Assembly: GCA_965368975.1 (NCBI GenBank)
Contig: CBDUPA010000002.1
Coordinates: 32,001 to 96,000 of the forward strand
Origin: an uncultured bacterium
GTDB lineage: Bacteria; Acidobacteriota; Thermoanaerobaculia; Multivoradales; JAHZIX01
Direction: 5' to 3'
DNA: 64,000 nucleotides
Shown here: positions 50,828 to 60,111 of the stretch, piece after piece
How the letters are laid out: every line of letters begins with the position of its first letter
Position numbering within the stretch: the first letter of the stretch is position 1
Translations under genes and position numbers: made by a program
Notes under the pieces: generated by a model
Database searches by the model: none
What the model was told of the DNA's origin: nothing
What the model saw: the letters and a program-made list of their open reading frames with translations, nothing else

Positions 50828-52312
50828 ATGCAGCGCTTCGACCCCCAAGAGATCGCCGGTGTCATCGACCGCGTTCGGCGGCGTATTCCGCGGCAGGATT
50901 CGCCAGCGCCGACTGCGGTAGTGAGCGAGCCCCCTGCATCGGCGCCCCCGACTCAGAGCGCCAGCTGGCCCGACACGCCACCGAAGCTAGGCGTCTTTGA
51001 CTCCGTCGACGCCGCGGTGACTGCCGCGCGCACGGCTTTCGAGGCGTATCGCGACGCCGGCCTCGAGCGCCGACACCAGGTGGTCGATGGCATCCGCAAG
51101 CTGATGCGCGAGCAGGCCGCTCGACTGGGCGCGCTAGCGCACGAGGAAACGGGGCTGGGGCGTGCCGAAGACAAACGGCTAAAGAACCTGCTGGTGACCA
51201 ACCAGACACCGGGGCCGGAAGACCTGGAGCCGCACACCTGGACGGGTGACAAGGGCATGACGGTGGTCGAGTACGCACCCTACGGCGTCATCGGCTCGAT
51301 CACCCCGACTACCAACCCAACGGCGACGCTGATCAACAACACCATCGCCATGGTGTCCGCCGGCAACGCGGTGGCCTTCAACGTTCACCCCAACGCACGC
51401 CGCGTCTCGGCACTGACCATCGACCTGCTCAACCGCGCGATCCTCGAAGGCGGTGGCCCCGAGAATCTGGTGACGACGGTCGATCCACCGACGCTCGACA
51501 GCGCGCGGGAGCTGATGCGCCATCCCAAGGTGCGCATTCTGCTGGTCACCGGCGGTCCGGGCGTGGTGCGCGAGGCGCTGAAGTCGGACAAGCGAGCGAT
51601 CACCGCCGGCCCCGGCAACCCACCCGTGGTGGTCGACGAAACCGCCGACATCGAGCTGGCGGCGCGCGAGATCGTGCGCGGCGCGTCGTTCGACAACAAC
51701 GTCATCTGCACGGACGAGAAGGAAGTGATCGCTGTCGCCTCGGTGGCCGACGAACTGCTACGACGCATGGAGCAGAACGGCGCACGCATCCTCAAAGAGC
51801 ACGAACTGCGCAAGCTAGAGCGCGTGATCTTTCGACAGATGGGCCCGGGGAAGGGCAACAAGGGCAAGATCAACGCCCAATGGATCGGCAAGGACGCCGG
51901 ACGTATCCTGGCCGAGATCGGCATTCAGGAGGGCCCCGAGCTGCGCTTGGCGCTGGCCGACGTACCACCGGAACATCCGCTGATCTGGACGGAGCAGATG
52001 ATGCCCATCATGCCCGTGACGCGCGTGCGCGACGTCGGCACGGCAATCGACCTGGCGGTCAAGGCCGAGCACGGCTATGGCCACACGGCGTCGATCTTCT
52101 CGCAACGCGTCGACACCATTACCCGCTTCGCCCGCCGCATCGACTGCAGCATCTTCGTCGCCAACGGCCCGACGCTCGCCGGCCTCGGCCACGGTGGCGA
52201 AGGCTACACCTCGTTCTCGATCGCCAGCCCCACCGGCGAGGGCCTCACGCGTCCGCGCACCTTCTCACGCCTGCGCCGCATCGCGCTCGCCGGCTCGCTG
52301 CGGATCGTGTGA
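50828..52312 (+). CDS. CoA-acylating aldehyde dehydrogenase (EutE/PduP family) with encapsulation peptide
   Basis: EETGLGR.EDK..KN, PYGVIGSITPTTNP, AGPGNPPVVVDETAD, SFDNNVICTDEKE (catalytic Cys), PTGEG; N-terminal EIAGVIDRVRRRI. Confidence 0.95.
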   Translation: MQRFDPQEIAGVIDRVRRRIPRQDSPAPTAVVSEPPASAPPTQSASWPDTPPKLGVFDSVDAAVTAARTAFEAYRDAGLERRHQVVDGIRKLMREQAARLGALAHEETGLGRAEDKRLKNLLVTNQTPGPEDLEPHTWTGDKGMTVVEYAPYGVIGSITPTTNPTATLINNTIAMVSAGNAVAFNVHPNARRVSALTIDLLNRAILEGGGPENLVTTVDPPTLDSARELMRHPKVRILLVTGGPGVVREALKSDKRAITAGPGNPPVVVDETADIELAAREIVRGASFDNNVICTDEKEVIAVASVADELLRRMEQNGARILKEHELRKLERVIFRQMGPGKGNKGKINAQWIGKDAGRILAEIGIQEGPELRLALADVPPEHPLIWTEQMMPIMPVTRVRDVGTAIDLAVKAEHGYGHTASIFSQRVDTITRFARRIDCSIFVANGPTLAGLGHGGEGYTSFSIASPTGEGLTRPRTFSRLRRIALAGSLRIV

Positions 52313-52349
52313 GCGCAGCTATGCGACCAACCCCAATGCAACCAGCCCC

Positions 52350-52976
52350 ATGAGACCAGCACTGGCCCTGCTCGAATTCGACCGCATCGTCGACGGCATC
52401 CGTGCCGGCGATGCGATGGTCAAGCGCTCCCCGCTACAGACACTGCGCACCGGCACCGTGCACCCGGGTCGCTACCTGGTGCTGGCGGCTGGCGAGGTGG
52501 CGGATGTCGAGGAAGGCTTGGAAGCCGCGCACGAGGTTTCCCCGGCACCGGCGCCGCGCGCCAAGATCTTCCTGCCCGCCGTGCATCCCGACATCGTCGA
52601 GGCACTCACCGGACGTCGCTGGCCCGAGGCGGTAGACGTGGACAGCCAGGAAGCGCTGGGAGTCGTCGAGACCGTTACCGTTCCTGCGATCCTGGGCGCC
52701 GTCGACGCCGCGCTCAAGGGCGCCGAGGTCGAGCTGCTCGAGCTGCGCCTGGCGGATGGCCTGGGCGGTAAGGGCTATGCGCTCTTCGCCGGCAGTGTCA
52801 CCGACGTACGCGCCGCTATCGAGATTGCCAGCGAACGCACGCCCAGTGGCCAGCTGATCGCCACCGACGTCATCGCGCAGCTGCACCCCGAGATGCGTGC
52901 CGAACTGGCCGCCGGCGCAACGTTCGCATCCAGAGTCTCGGCACGCCTGCGCGGCCCGAACGGCGAGGAGACCTGA
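52350..52976 (+). CDS. BMC-T shell protein (PduT-like)
   Basis: ALALLEF..I..GI.AGDAMVK, TVHPGRY, ALGVVET, DAALKGAEV.L.ELRLADGLGGK. Confidence 0.92.
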   Translation: MRPALALLEFDRIVDGIRAGDAMVKRSPLQTLRTGTVHPGRYLVLAAGEVADVEEGLEAAHEVSPAPAPRAKIFLPAVHPDIVEALTGRRWPEAVDVDSQEALGVVETVTVPAILGAVDAALKGAEVELLELRLADGLGGKGYALFAGSVTDVRAAIEIASERTPSGQLIATDVIAQLHPEMRAELAAGATFASRVSARLRGPNGEET

Positions 52977-52977
52977 C

Positions 52978-53253
52978 GTGCACCTGGGGCGAGTCACCGG
53001 CACCGTCGTGGCAACGATCAAGACACCGAACCTCGACGGCATCAAACTGCTGATCGTGCAACCGCTGGACCGGCAGCAACGGCCCAAGGGCTGTGCCGTC
53101 GTCGCCGCGGACGCCGTCGCCATGGCCGGCCCCGGCGAACTCGTCTACTTCGTCGCCAGCCGCGAGGCCGCGCTTGCCATGCCCGAGACCTTCGTGCCCA
53201 TCGACCACGCGATCGTCGGTATCGTCGACGCCGTCGCGGACCTGACGATATGA
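52978..53253 (+). CDS. BMC-P vertex pentamer #2
   Basis: GTG start; LGRVTGTVVATIK, AGPGELV, PIDHAIVGIVD. Confidence 0.94.
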   Translation: MHLGRVTGTVVATIKTPNLDGIKLLIVQPLDRQQRPKGCAVVAADAVAMAGPGELVYFVASREAALAMPETFVPIDHAIVGIVDAVADLTI

Positions 53254-53263
53254 GAGAAGCGTC

Positions 53264-53539
53264 ATGAAGCTGGCCCGCGTCACCGGCACCGTCGTCTCGA
53301 CCATCCAGGCCCCCGCCTTCGACGGTCGCAAGCTCTTGCTGTGCGATCTGCTCGACCTTGCAGGCCAACCTACCGGCGACTATCAGCTGGCGGTCGACAG
53401 CGTGGGAGCCGGAGCCGGCGAGACGGTGATCCTGCTCGACGAAGGCAATGGCGCGCGCCAGGTATTGGGAGATCCGTCGGCGCCGGTGCGAACAGTCGTG
53501 GCGGGGGTCGTGGACGAGATCGACATCGCGGAGCCGTAG
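53264..53539 (+). CDS. BMC-P vertex pentamer #3
   Basis: MKLARVTGTVVSTI, AVDSVGAGAGETV..LDEGNGAR, VAGVVDEI. Confidence 0.94.
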   Translation: MKLARVTGTVVSTIQAPAFDGRKLLLCDLLDLAGQPTGDYQLAVDSVGAGAGETVILLDEGNGARQVLGDPSAPVRTVVAGVVDEIDIAEP

Positions 53540-53566
53540 CCGAGAAGACTCGGATGCGGCTTCGCC

Positions 53567-53649
53567 GCAGGGCACCCACACGGGGGTGCCCCTACCCAGA
53601 GCGGGGTGAAGAAATTCTGGGTAGGGGCAGGCCCATGTGCCTGCCCTGC
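53567..53649. repeat. REP doublet (GTAG family, REPIN-like), GTAG ends facing inward
   Basis: GGGCACCCACACGGGGGTGCCCCTAC (53570-53595) and GTAGGGGCAGGCCCATGTGCCTGCCC (53621-53646). Confidence 0.8.
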
Positions 53650-53785
53650 GCCGAAAGGCGTATCCGTTTTCCATCCGCCTCGGACGGCATTGTCAAGACA
53701 CCGCCTCCAGGTTACCATCTAGCCCGTATGCGCCTCTCGGCACCCAGCCCCAACAAGCGAGCCCCCCAAGTAAGCGAGACACGCC

Positions 53786-54976
53786 ATGACCGCGATTCCA
53801 AGTACCCCTGACAGCGAGCGCTCCCTCAGCTTCCAGCTCAACGACGACCAACAGGCCATCCGCGACGCCGCCCGCGAGTTCGCCCTCGGCGAGGTCGACC
53901 CGATCGTCGAAGAGATCGACGAGGCGCAGCGCTTCCCCAAGGAAGTGGTGATGAAGGCCGGCGAGTTGGGCTTCCTCGGCGTCATCTTCCCTGAGGAGTA
54001 CGGCGGCTCCGGCCTGAGCTATATCGACTACGTCAGCGTCATCACCGAGCTGTCGCGCATCGACCCCTCGGTCGGCATCACCATCGCGGCGCACAACTCG
54101 CTGGGCACCAACCACATCTACAAGTTCGGCACCGAAGAGCAGCGCCAGCGCTGGGTCACACCGCTAGCCTCGGGCAAGAAGATCGCCGCCTGGAGCCTCA
54201 CCGAACCCGACGCCGGCTCCGACGCCGCGGGCACTCGTACCACCGCCAAGAAGGTCGACGGCGGCTGGGTCCTCAACGGCTCCAAGACCTTCACCACGCA
54301 CGGCTCCGTGGGTGACATCTGCGTCGTCATGGCGGTCACCGACCCTGACGGCCGACGTCATCACAACATCTCCGCCTTCGTGCTCGAGAAGGGCATGGAC
54401 GGCTTCCGGCCCGGCAAGAAAGAGAACAAGCTCGGCATCCGCGCTTCCGATACCTCGGAAGTGATCATGGAAGACTGCTTCGCGCCCGATGATCACCTGC
54501 TCGGCGAACGCGGCGAGGGCTTCATTCAGGCGCTGCAGATCCTCGACGGCGGCCGTATCTCGATCGCCGCTCTCGGCTTGGGCACCGCCATTGGTGCCTT
54601 CGACACCGCGCGCGACTACGCCAAGCAGCGCGAGCAGTTCGGCAAGCCGATCGCCAAGTTCCAGGCAATCCAGTTCCACCTCGCCGAAATGGCCACCAAG
54701 ATCGCGGCCGCCGAAGCTCTCACCTACGCCGCTGCCGACGCCATGGACCGCCAGACCGGGCACCTCAGCCGCCTGGCTTCCGAAGCCAAGCTGTACGCAG
54801 GCGAGGCGTCCGTCTTCTGCGCTGAGCGCGGCGTCCAGATCCACGGCGGGTACGGTTTCATCAAGGACTACCGGGCCGAGAAGTTCTTCCGCGACTGCAA
54901 GATCTGCACGATCGGCGAAGGCACCAGCGAAATCCAGCGCATGGTGATCGCGCGTAACCTGCTGCAGGGCCGCTGA
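53786..54976 (+). CDS. Acyl-CoA dehydrogenase (short/branched-chain type)
   Basis: EEYGGSG, AHNSLG, WSLTEPDAGSDA, KLGIRASDT, RISIAA, REQFGKPI, QIHGGYG, IGEGTSEIQR. Confidence 0.96.
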   Translation: MTAIPSTPDSERSLSFQLNDDQQAIRDAAREFALGEVDPIVEEIDEAQRFPKEVVMKAGELGFLGVIFPEEYGGSGLSYIDYVSVITELSRIDPSVGITIAAHNSLGTNHIYKFGTEEQRQRWVTPLASGKKIAAWSLTEPDAGSDAAGTRTTAKKVDGGWVLNGSKTFTTHGSVGDICVVMAVTDPDGRRHHNISAFVLEKGMDGFRPGKKENKLGIRASDTSEVIMEDCFAPDDHLLGERGEGFIQALQILDGGRISIAALGLGTAIGAFDTARDYAKQREQFGKPIAKFQAIQFHLAEMATKIAAAEALTYAAADAMDRQTGHLSRLASEAKLYAGEASVFCAERGVQIHGGYGFIKDYRAEKFFRDCKICTIGEGTSEIQRMVIARNLLQGR

Positions 54977-54978
54977 AC

Positions 54979-55428
54979 ATGATCAAGAGCATCGACCACA
55001 TCGCCATCGCCGTGCCGTCGATCGCGGAGGCGCGTAAGTTCTACGAGAACATGGGCCTGGAAGTGGCGCACATCGAAGACGTGCCGCAAGAAGGCGTCAA
55101 GGTCGCCATGATCTGGGTAGGCCCGACCCGCATCGAGCTGATCGAGCCCCTGGGCGAGGATTCCCCCGTCCACGGCTTCCTGGCCAAGCGCGGCCCCGGC
55201 ATGCACCACCTGTGCTTCGCCAGCGACGCCATCCACGACGACAACACCAAGCTCCAGGGCGACGGCTACCGCACCCTGCGTCCCGAACCGACGCCGGGCG
55301 CCGAAGAGTGCTGGGTGCAGTTCGTCCACCCCAAGAGCGCGGGCGGCGTACTCGTCGAGCTGAACCAGAAAATGACCGCCGACGAACTCGAGCAAGCGCG
55401 CGCCGAGCTGGCCAACTCCAACCCCTAG
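54979..55428 (+). CDS. mce: Methylmalonyl-CoA epimerase
   Basis: IDHIAIAV, QEGVKVA, IELIEP, GPGMHHLCF, FVHPKSAGGVLVEL. Confidence 0.92.
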   Translation: MIKSIDHIAIAVPSIAEARKFYENMGLEVAHIEDVPQEGVKVAMIWVGPTRIELIEPLGEDSPVHGFLAKRGPGMHHLCFASDAIHDDNTKLQGDGYRTLRPEPTPGAEECWVQFVHPKSAGGVLVELNQKMTADELEQARAELANSNP

Positions 55429-55507
55429 CCTCCGTACTTCCTCTTCTCCGGCAACCTTTGCCGGCAACCTTCGCCGCCGCCAGCCGTACCTCTCTCCCCG
55501 TATGCAC

Positions 55508-55557
55508 AAGCGACGCTTCCCTCTCGGGACGATTCGTTCGTCTCGAGCGTCGCTTTT
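55508..55557 (+). terminator. Long hairpin with short U-tract after mce
   Basis: AAGCGACGCT...AGCGTCGCTT enclosing CGGGACGA/TCGTCTCG, ending in TTTT. Confidence 0.45.
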
Positions 55558-55583
55558 CCGTGAACGACCAAGGAGAGATCCTC

Positions 55584-56747
55584 ATGCATAGCCGTACCCT
55601 CTCGTCCGCGACCCGCGCCGCGCTGTTGACCCTGGCGCTCACCGCCCTCACCGTCGCACCGGTCTTGGCCCAGCAAGTCACCCTGCCCCCCGGCGGGGGC
55701 AACCAGCGTTCTGTGGTCACTCAGTACATCGGCCTTGTCAGCGTCACCGTCGACTACAACAGCCCCGACGTCACCGGCCCCAACGGCCAGAGCCGCGAAG
55801 GAGCGATCTGGGGCCAGCTCGTGCCCTACGGCATGTCGCCGCCGATCAACTTCGGCAACGGCAAGCCCTTCCCCTGGCGTGTTGGTGCCAACGAGAACAC
55901 CACGTTCACCGTCAGCCACGATGTGCTGGTGCAGGATCAGCCTCTTGCCGCCGGCACTTATGGCCTGCACATGATCCCCGGTGAAGAGGAGTGGACGGTC
56001 ATCTTCTCGAACAACTCTAGTTCCTGGGGTAGCTATTTCTACGAAGAGTCCGAAGATGCCCTGCGCGTCACCACCAAGGCGCAAGAGAACGAGTTCACCG
56101 AGTGGCTGAACTTCGAGTTCATCGACCGCCAGCCAGACCATGCCACCGTCGCGCTGCAGTGGGAGAGGCTGGAAGTTCCGTTCACCATCAAGGTACCGAA
56201 CCTGAGTGACCTCTACGTCCAGAGCCTGAACGACGAACTTCGCGGTCGCGGCGGCTTCGGCTGGCAGGGCTTCGCCAATGCCGCCAATTGGACCGCCGGC
56301 ATTGGTGAGCACCTGGAGCAGGGCCTAGAGTGGGCCGAGACCGCGATCAACAGCCCGTCTGTCGGCCAACGTAACTTCCAGACCCTGAGCGCCAAGGCTG
56401 CGGTGCTGAACGCCATGGAGCGCAGCGAGGAAGCCATGGCGATCATGGACGAAGCCATCCACGATCCAGCCGCCAACGTCGGCCAGATCTACACCTACGG
56501 CCGGCAGCTGATCACGCTGGGGCTGAATGAGAAGTCCCTGGAGGTCGCGCTCTACAATGCCGAGCGCAACCCGGACACCTGGCCGGTCGATTGGGGCCTG
56601 ACGCGCGCGTACTCGGCACTGGGCCAGTTCGACAAGGCCCTGGAGCACGCCAAGATTTCGCTGGAGCGGGCGCCGGTGCAGGGTACCAAGAACTTCATCA
56701 CGGCGCAGATTGTGCGGCTGGAGAACGGCGAGGACATCAACAACTGA
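55584..56747 (+). CDS. Secreted DUF2911-domain protein with C-terminal TPR-like helices (paralog 1)
   Basis: AGGAG RBS; signal peptide ending VLA-Q; VTQYIGL..V.VDY.SP, IWG.LVPYG, WRVGANENT, AGTYGL, LQWE. Confidence 0.9.
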   Translation: MHSRTLSSATRAALLTLALTALTVAPVLAQQVTLPPGGGNQRSVVTQYIGLVSVTVDYNSPDVTGPNGQSREGAIWGQLVPYGMSPPINFGNGKPFPWRVGANENTTFTVSHDVLVQDQPLAAGTYGLHMIPGEEEWTVIFSNNSSSWGSYFYEESEDALRVTTKAQENEFTEWLNFEFIDRQPDHATVALQWERLEVPFTIKVPNLSDLYVQSLNDELRGRGGFGWQGFANAANWTAGIGEHLEQGLEWAETAINSPSVGQRNFQTLSAKAAVLNAMERSEEAMAIMDEAIHDPAANVGQIYTYGRQLITLGLNEKSLEVALYNAERNPDTWPVDWGLTRAYSALGQFDKALEHAKISLERAPVQGTKNFITAQIVRLENGEDINN

Positions 56748-56790
56748 CGGTTGGTTCGTTGATGTTGTCCGGGCTTGGCTCGGAGGGAGG

Positions 56791-56821
56791 AGCCCCTGCA
56801 TTGGCGGGGGCTTTTCTTGTT
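56791..56821 (+). terminator. Rho-independent terminator
   Basis: AGCCCCTGC-ATTG-GCGGGGGCT followed by TTTCTTGTT, 44 nt after the stop. Confidence 0.75.
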
Positions 56822-56893
56822 GGGAGGCAGGGCCCAGGTTCTCGAATGGCCTCGTCTCTGAAGCAGCTCGCCAAAGAACTTGCCGCACAACCC

Positions 56894-57220
56894 TCAAGCC
56901 TCCGCCGCCCCCGCCTCCAGCTGCGCCAGCACGCTCTCTGTGACGTCTTTGCCACCCTTGAAGTTCGTGATGAACGACCCGATCGTGTAAATCGGCCCCC
57001 ACGGGATGCCCCACCAGCCGAGGAACAGCGAGATCAGCGAGAAGCCAAGCCCTCTGCCGATACCTGAATCTCCCGCCCTGACGAAATAGACGCTACTCGG
57101 CCGGCGGAAGGTGATGATGATGATCGAGATGCAGTACTCGTAGTAGACGAACTTGCCACCATTTTCGAGATCTCGGTTGATTTGCTGCGCACTGAGCCCT
57201 TCCAAACCTTTGATGGACAT
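56894..57220 (-). CDS. Small conserved-type membrane protein (GWWGIPWGP motif)
   Basis: ATG 57220 with GAGGG RBS; GGKFVYYEYCIS...TFRRPS...LGWWGIPWGPIYTI..NFKGGKDVT. Confidence 0.8.
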   Translation of the reverse strand: MSIKGLEGLSAQQINRDLENGGKFVYYEYCISIIIITFRRPSSVYFVRAGDSGIGRGLGFSLISLFLGWWGIPWGPIYTIGSFITNFKGGKDVTESVLAQLEAGAAEA

Positions 57221-57448
57221 ACTGCATCCCTCATAGAAGTTGCGAACACTCTCCAGTGAGTGCCCGAGAGTTGAGACAGTTCCAGAAGACGGAATTCCGG
57301 GAGAAAGACAGTATACGCTGGTGGTCACCCTCCTAGTCTCGACCGATACAGAAGGACGTTTGCATGGATCTCCCTTGAAAATTAAGCTCTCCCGACGTCG
57401 CACTCCCGTTCGAGCAGAGCACACTCCATGAACAGTAGGAGATCTCCC

Positions 57449-58612
57449 ATGCACAAGCGTCCTTCCACCTCCACTCCAAGCGCGGCGCTTCTGGCTCTGA
57501 TGCTCAGCGCTGTCACGGTCGTCCCCATCCTCGCGCAGCAAGTGACTCTGCCGCCCAGCGGCGGGAACCAGCGCTCGATCGTTACACAGTACATCGGCCT
57601 GGTGAGCGTCACCGTCGACTACAACAGTCCCGACGTCACCGGTCCCAACGGTCAGAGCCGTGAAGGAGCAGTCTGGGGGCGCTTGGTGCCTTATGGGCTG
57701 TCACAGCCGATCGGTCTGGGCAACGGAAAGCCTTACCCCTGGCGTGTCGGCTCCAACGAGAATACGACCTTCTCCGTCAGCCACGATGTGTTGGTCCAGG
57801 ATCAGCCCTTGGCTGCCGGCACGTATGGCCTGCACATGATTCCAGGTGAAGAGGCGTGGACGATCATCTTCTCGAACAACTCGACGTCCTGGGGTAGTTA
57901 CTTCTACGAGGAGTCCGAAGACGCCCTCCGTGTCAGCGCCAAGCCTCGCGGGCATGCCTTCAACGAGTGGCTGACCTTCGACTTCATCGACCGCCAACCC
58001 GACCACGCCACCGTGGCCCTGCGGTGGGAGAACCTGGAACTCCCCTTCACCATCAAAGTGCCGAACTCGAACGAGCTGTACATCGCCAACCTGAAGAACG
58101 AGCTACGCAGTCGCGCCGGTTTCACGTGGCAAGGTTACACGCAGGCCGCCAACTTCACCGTCCAGATTGGCGAGCACCTGGAGCAGGGCCTGGACTGGGC
58201 TGACACCGCCCTGAACAGCCCAGCCGTCGGGCAGCGGAACTACCAGACCTTGAGTGCCAAGGCGAGCGTGCTGAACGCGATGGGCCAGACGGAAGAAGCC
58301 GCAGCACTGATGGCCGAAGCCATCAAAGAACCCACCGCCACTGCTGGCCTGCTCTACGGCTACACGCTTCAGCTGATCGCCCAGGGCGCGAAAGACAAGG
58401 CACTGGAGGTGGCACTGTACAGCGTCGAGCGCTTTGCGGGTTCCTGGCTGGCTGACTGGAGCGCGACGCTTGCCTACTCAGCGCTGGGCCAGTTCGAGAA
58501 AGCCCTGGAGCACGCCCAAGCCTCACACCGCCGGGCGCCGCACTCGAGAATGGCAAACTTCATCGAAGTGCAGATGAAGCGACTGGAGAATGGAGAGGAC
58601 ATCAACAGCTGA
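57449..58612 (+). CDS. Secreted DUF2911-domain protein (paralog 2)
   Basis: AGGAG RBS; N-terminal domain nearly identical to 55584-56747; same C-terminal RLENGEDIN. Confidence 0.9.
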   Translation: MHKRPSTSTPSAALLALMLSAVTVVPILAQQVTLPPSGGNQRSIVTQYIGLVSVTVDYNSPDVTGPNGQSREGAVWGRLVPYGLSQPIGLGNGKPYPWRVGSNENTTFSVSHDVLVQDQPLAAGTYGLHMIPGEEAWTIIFSNNSTSWGSYFYEESEDALRVSAKPRGHAFNEWLTFDFIDRQPDHATVALRWENLELPFTIKVPNSNELYIANLKNELRSRAGFTWQGYTQAANFTVQIGEHLEQGLDWADTALNSPAVGQRNYQTLSAKASVLNAMGQTEEAAALMAEAIKEPTATAGLLYGYTLQLIAQGAKDKALEVALYSVERFAGSWLADWSATLAYSALGQFEKALEHAQASHRRAPHSRMANFIEVQMKRLENGEDINS

Positions 58613-58695
58613 CGTGACTCCTTCTTTCTCGATGCCAACCTAGATACCAGCGCCAGAACTCGGAACTCACCGGAGCTATCAACGTAAGAAGAAGT

Positions 58696-58857
58696 ATGCA
58701 CAAGCCCGGCCAAGAACCCGCACTAGAGGACTTCAAGGTCGAGAATGCCTGGCCACCTCAATCCAACTTCGAAATCGAAGCTGAGAAGCAGACCTTCTGG
58801 AGGAGCATCGGGGTCTGGTTCTCAGCACTTCGGCGACTATTGGACGTCTTCACCTAA
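58696..58857 (+). CDS. Possible 53-aa small protein with amphipathic C-terminus
   Basis: Manual translation MHKPGQEPALEDFKVENAWPPQSNFEIEAEKQTFWRSIGVWFSALRRLLDVFT*; below the ORF-track cutoff; weak RBS. Confidence 0.3.
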   Translation: MHKPGQEPALEDFKVENAWPPQSNFEIEAEKQTFWRSIGVWFSALRRLLDVFT

Positions 58858-58907
58858 CCAGGTTGCACGGCTCGTGCGTGTGTTGGCGAACAAGTCAGCC
58901 CGCGAAT

Positions 58908-59975
58908 TCAGTCTCCGCGCACGATCTCCTCGTCCGTCCGCTCGACGCCCTCGAGACCGAGGATGAAGTCGGCGCCGTAGGCGGTCGAGGGCGTCTGGTA
59001 GCCAGCCGGGGCGTCGCCGTCCAGGACGCGCTGTAGAACCGCGACGGCGGTCATGGCGGTGAGGGTGTAGCCTTCCGGGGTCTCCAGCCTCGACACGGCC
59101 TTGCGACCGTCCGGCGCTGTTGCTTCGGCCCACAGGTAGCAGCGCGAGCGTTCCCTTTGTTCCTCAGTGGGGCCAGGCTTGCGGCTCCGGATCTTGCCCT
59201 TGAGCCAACCCTTCACCAGACGCAGCCCCAGCAGCGGCGCCAGGAAGCGAGTGAGCTTCATCTTGCGCAGACGGCCGCGGTCGATGGCCATGTAGACCTC
59301 GATGTTGGGGATCCGGGTCGACCGCCAGGCGGTAGCGACGTCACCCCAGGGGATGGTAACGCCGAGGGTCTCACCGTTGCCGAAGTCGATCTTGCGTGTC
59401 TTGTAGGCTGTTGGAACGTTGACCAGGCGGCCGTCTCGCCGCACCAGGCCGCCGCGATCGATGTTCTCGACCATGGTGGTAGCAGTACCGCGGGACAGGC
59501 GGCCGAGGGCCTGGAAGCCGAGGGTCAGGTGGGTGGCTTCGGGTAAGCGGCCCGCGACGTGCTTGGCCAGGCAGTCACTGGGAACGACATCGAAGCCGAC
59601 GCCGGGCATGACCATCACACCGGCCTCTTCGGCATCCTCGCGCGTCGCCGCGATGGATTCGAAGACGGCCGCTTCGCCGGTGATGTCGAGATAGTGGGTG
59701 CCGGTGGCGATGCAGGCGTTCACCATCGGGCGGAAGGTGTGGACGAACGGGCCGGCGCAGTGCAGGACGGCGTCGACACCTTCCAGGGACTGCTCGACGA
59801 CCTGCTGCACTTCGAGCTGAAAGACGCGGTACTCGAGGTCGTACTTGTCGCAGATCGGCCGCAGACGATCATAGTTGCGGCCGGCGAGGACGGGTTGTAG
59901 ACCCACGTCGAGGGCACGTTCGACGATCAATTCACCACTATAACCATAGGCGCCGTAGATCAGGGCGGTGGGCAT
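58908..59975 (-). CDS. Saccharopine dehydrogenase-like NAD(P)-binding oxidoreductase
   Basis: IYGAYGYSG, LAGRN, HCAGPF, HYLDITGE, GVGFDVVPSDCLA; AGGAG RBS. Confidence 0.9.
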   Translation of the reverse strand: MPTALIYGAYGYSGELIVERALDVGLQPVLAGRNYDRLRPICDKYDLEYRVFQLEVQQVVEQSLEGVDAVLHCAGPFVHTFRPMVNACIATGTHYLDITGEAAVFESIAATREDAEEAGVMVMPGVGFDVVPSDCLAKHVAGRLPEATHLTLGFQALGRLSRGTATTMVENIDRGGLVRRDGRLVNVPTAYKTRKIDFGNGETLGVTIPWGDVATAWRSTRIPNIEVYMAIDRGRLRKMKLTRFLAPLLGLRLVKGWLKGKIRSRKPGPTEEQRERSRCYLWAEATAPDGRKAVSRLETPEGYTLTAMTAVAVLQRVLDGDAPAGYQTPSTAYGADFILGLEGVERTDEEIVRGD

Positions 59976-60111
59976 GGTTCGCGTCTCCTGGTAGGACTGT
60001 GTTGCGTGTGAGGTCGGGCGTGAGCCACTGCGAGCAACAATACCAGAGCCGGCCGAGGGTCGCGGGTTGCCTAGCCGTGAACGGGGGCGCGGACTGGGAT
60101 AGCCTTGGACG

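Noticed and set aside
53567-53649. CRISPR repeats, tRNA or IS ends
   Set aside because: No regular repeat-spacer periodicity, cas genes, cloverleaf or transposase; fits REP palindromes.
55212-55583. N-terminal extension of DUF2911 paralog 1 (511-aa ORF)
   Set aside because: It overlaps mce. ATG 55584 has an AGGAG RBS and signal peptide and aligns with paralog 2.
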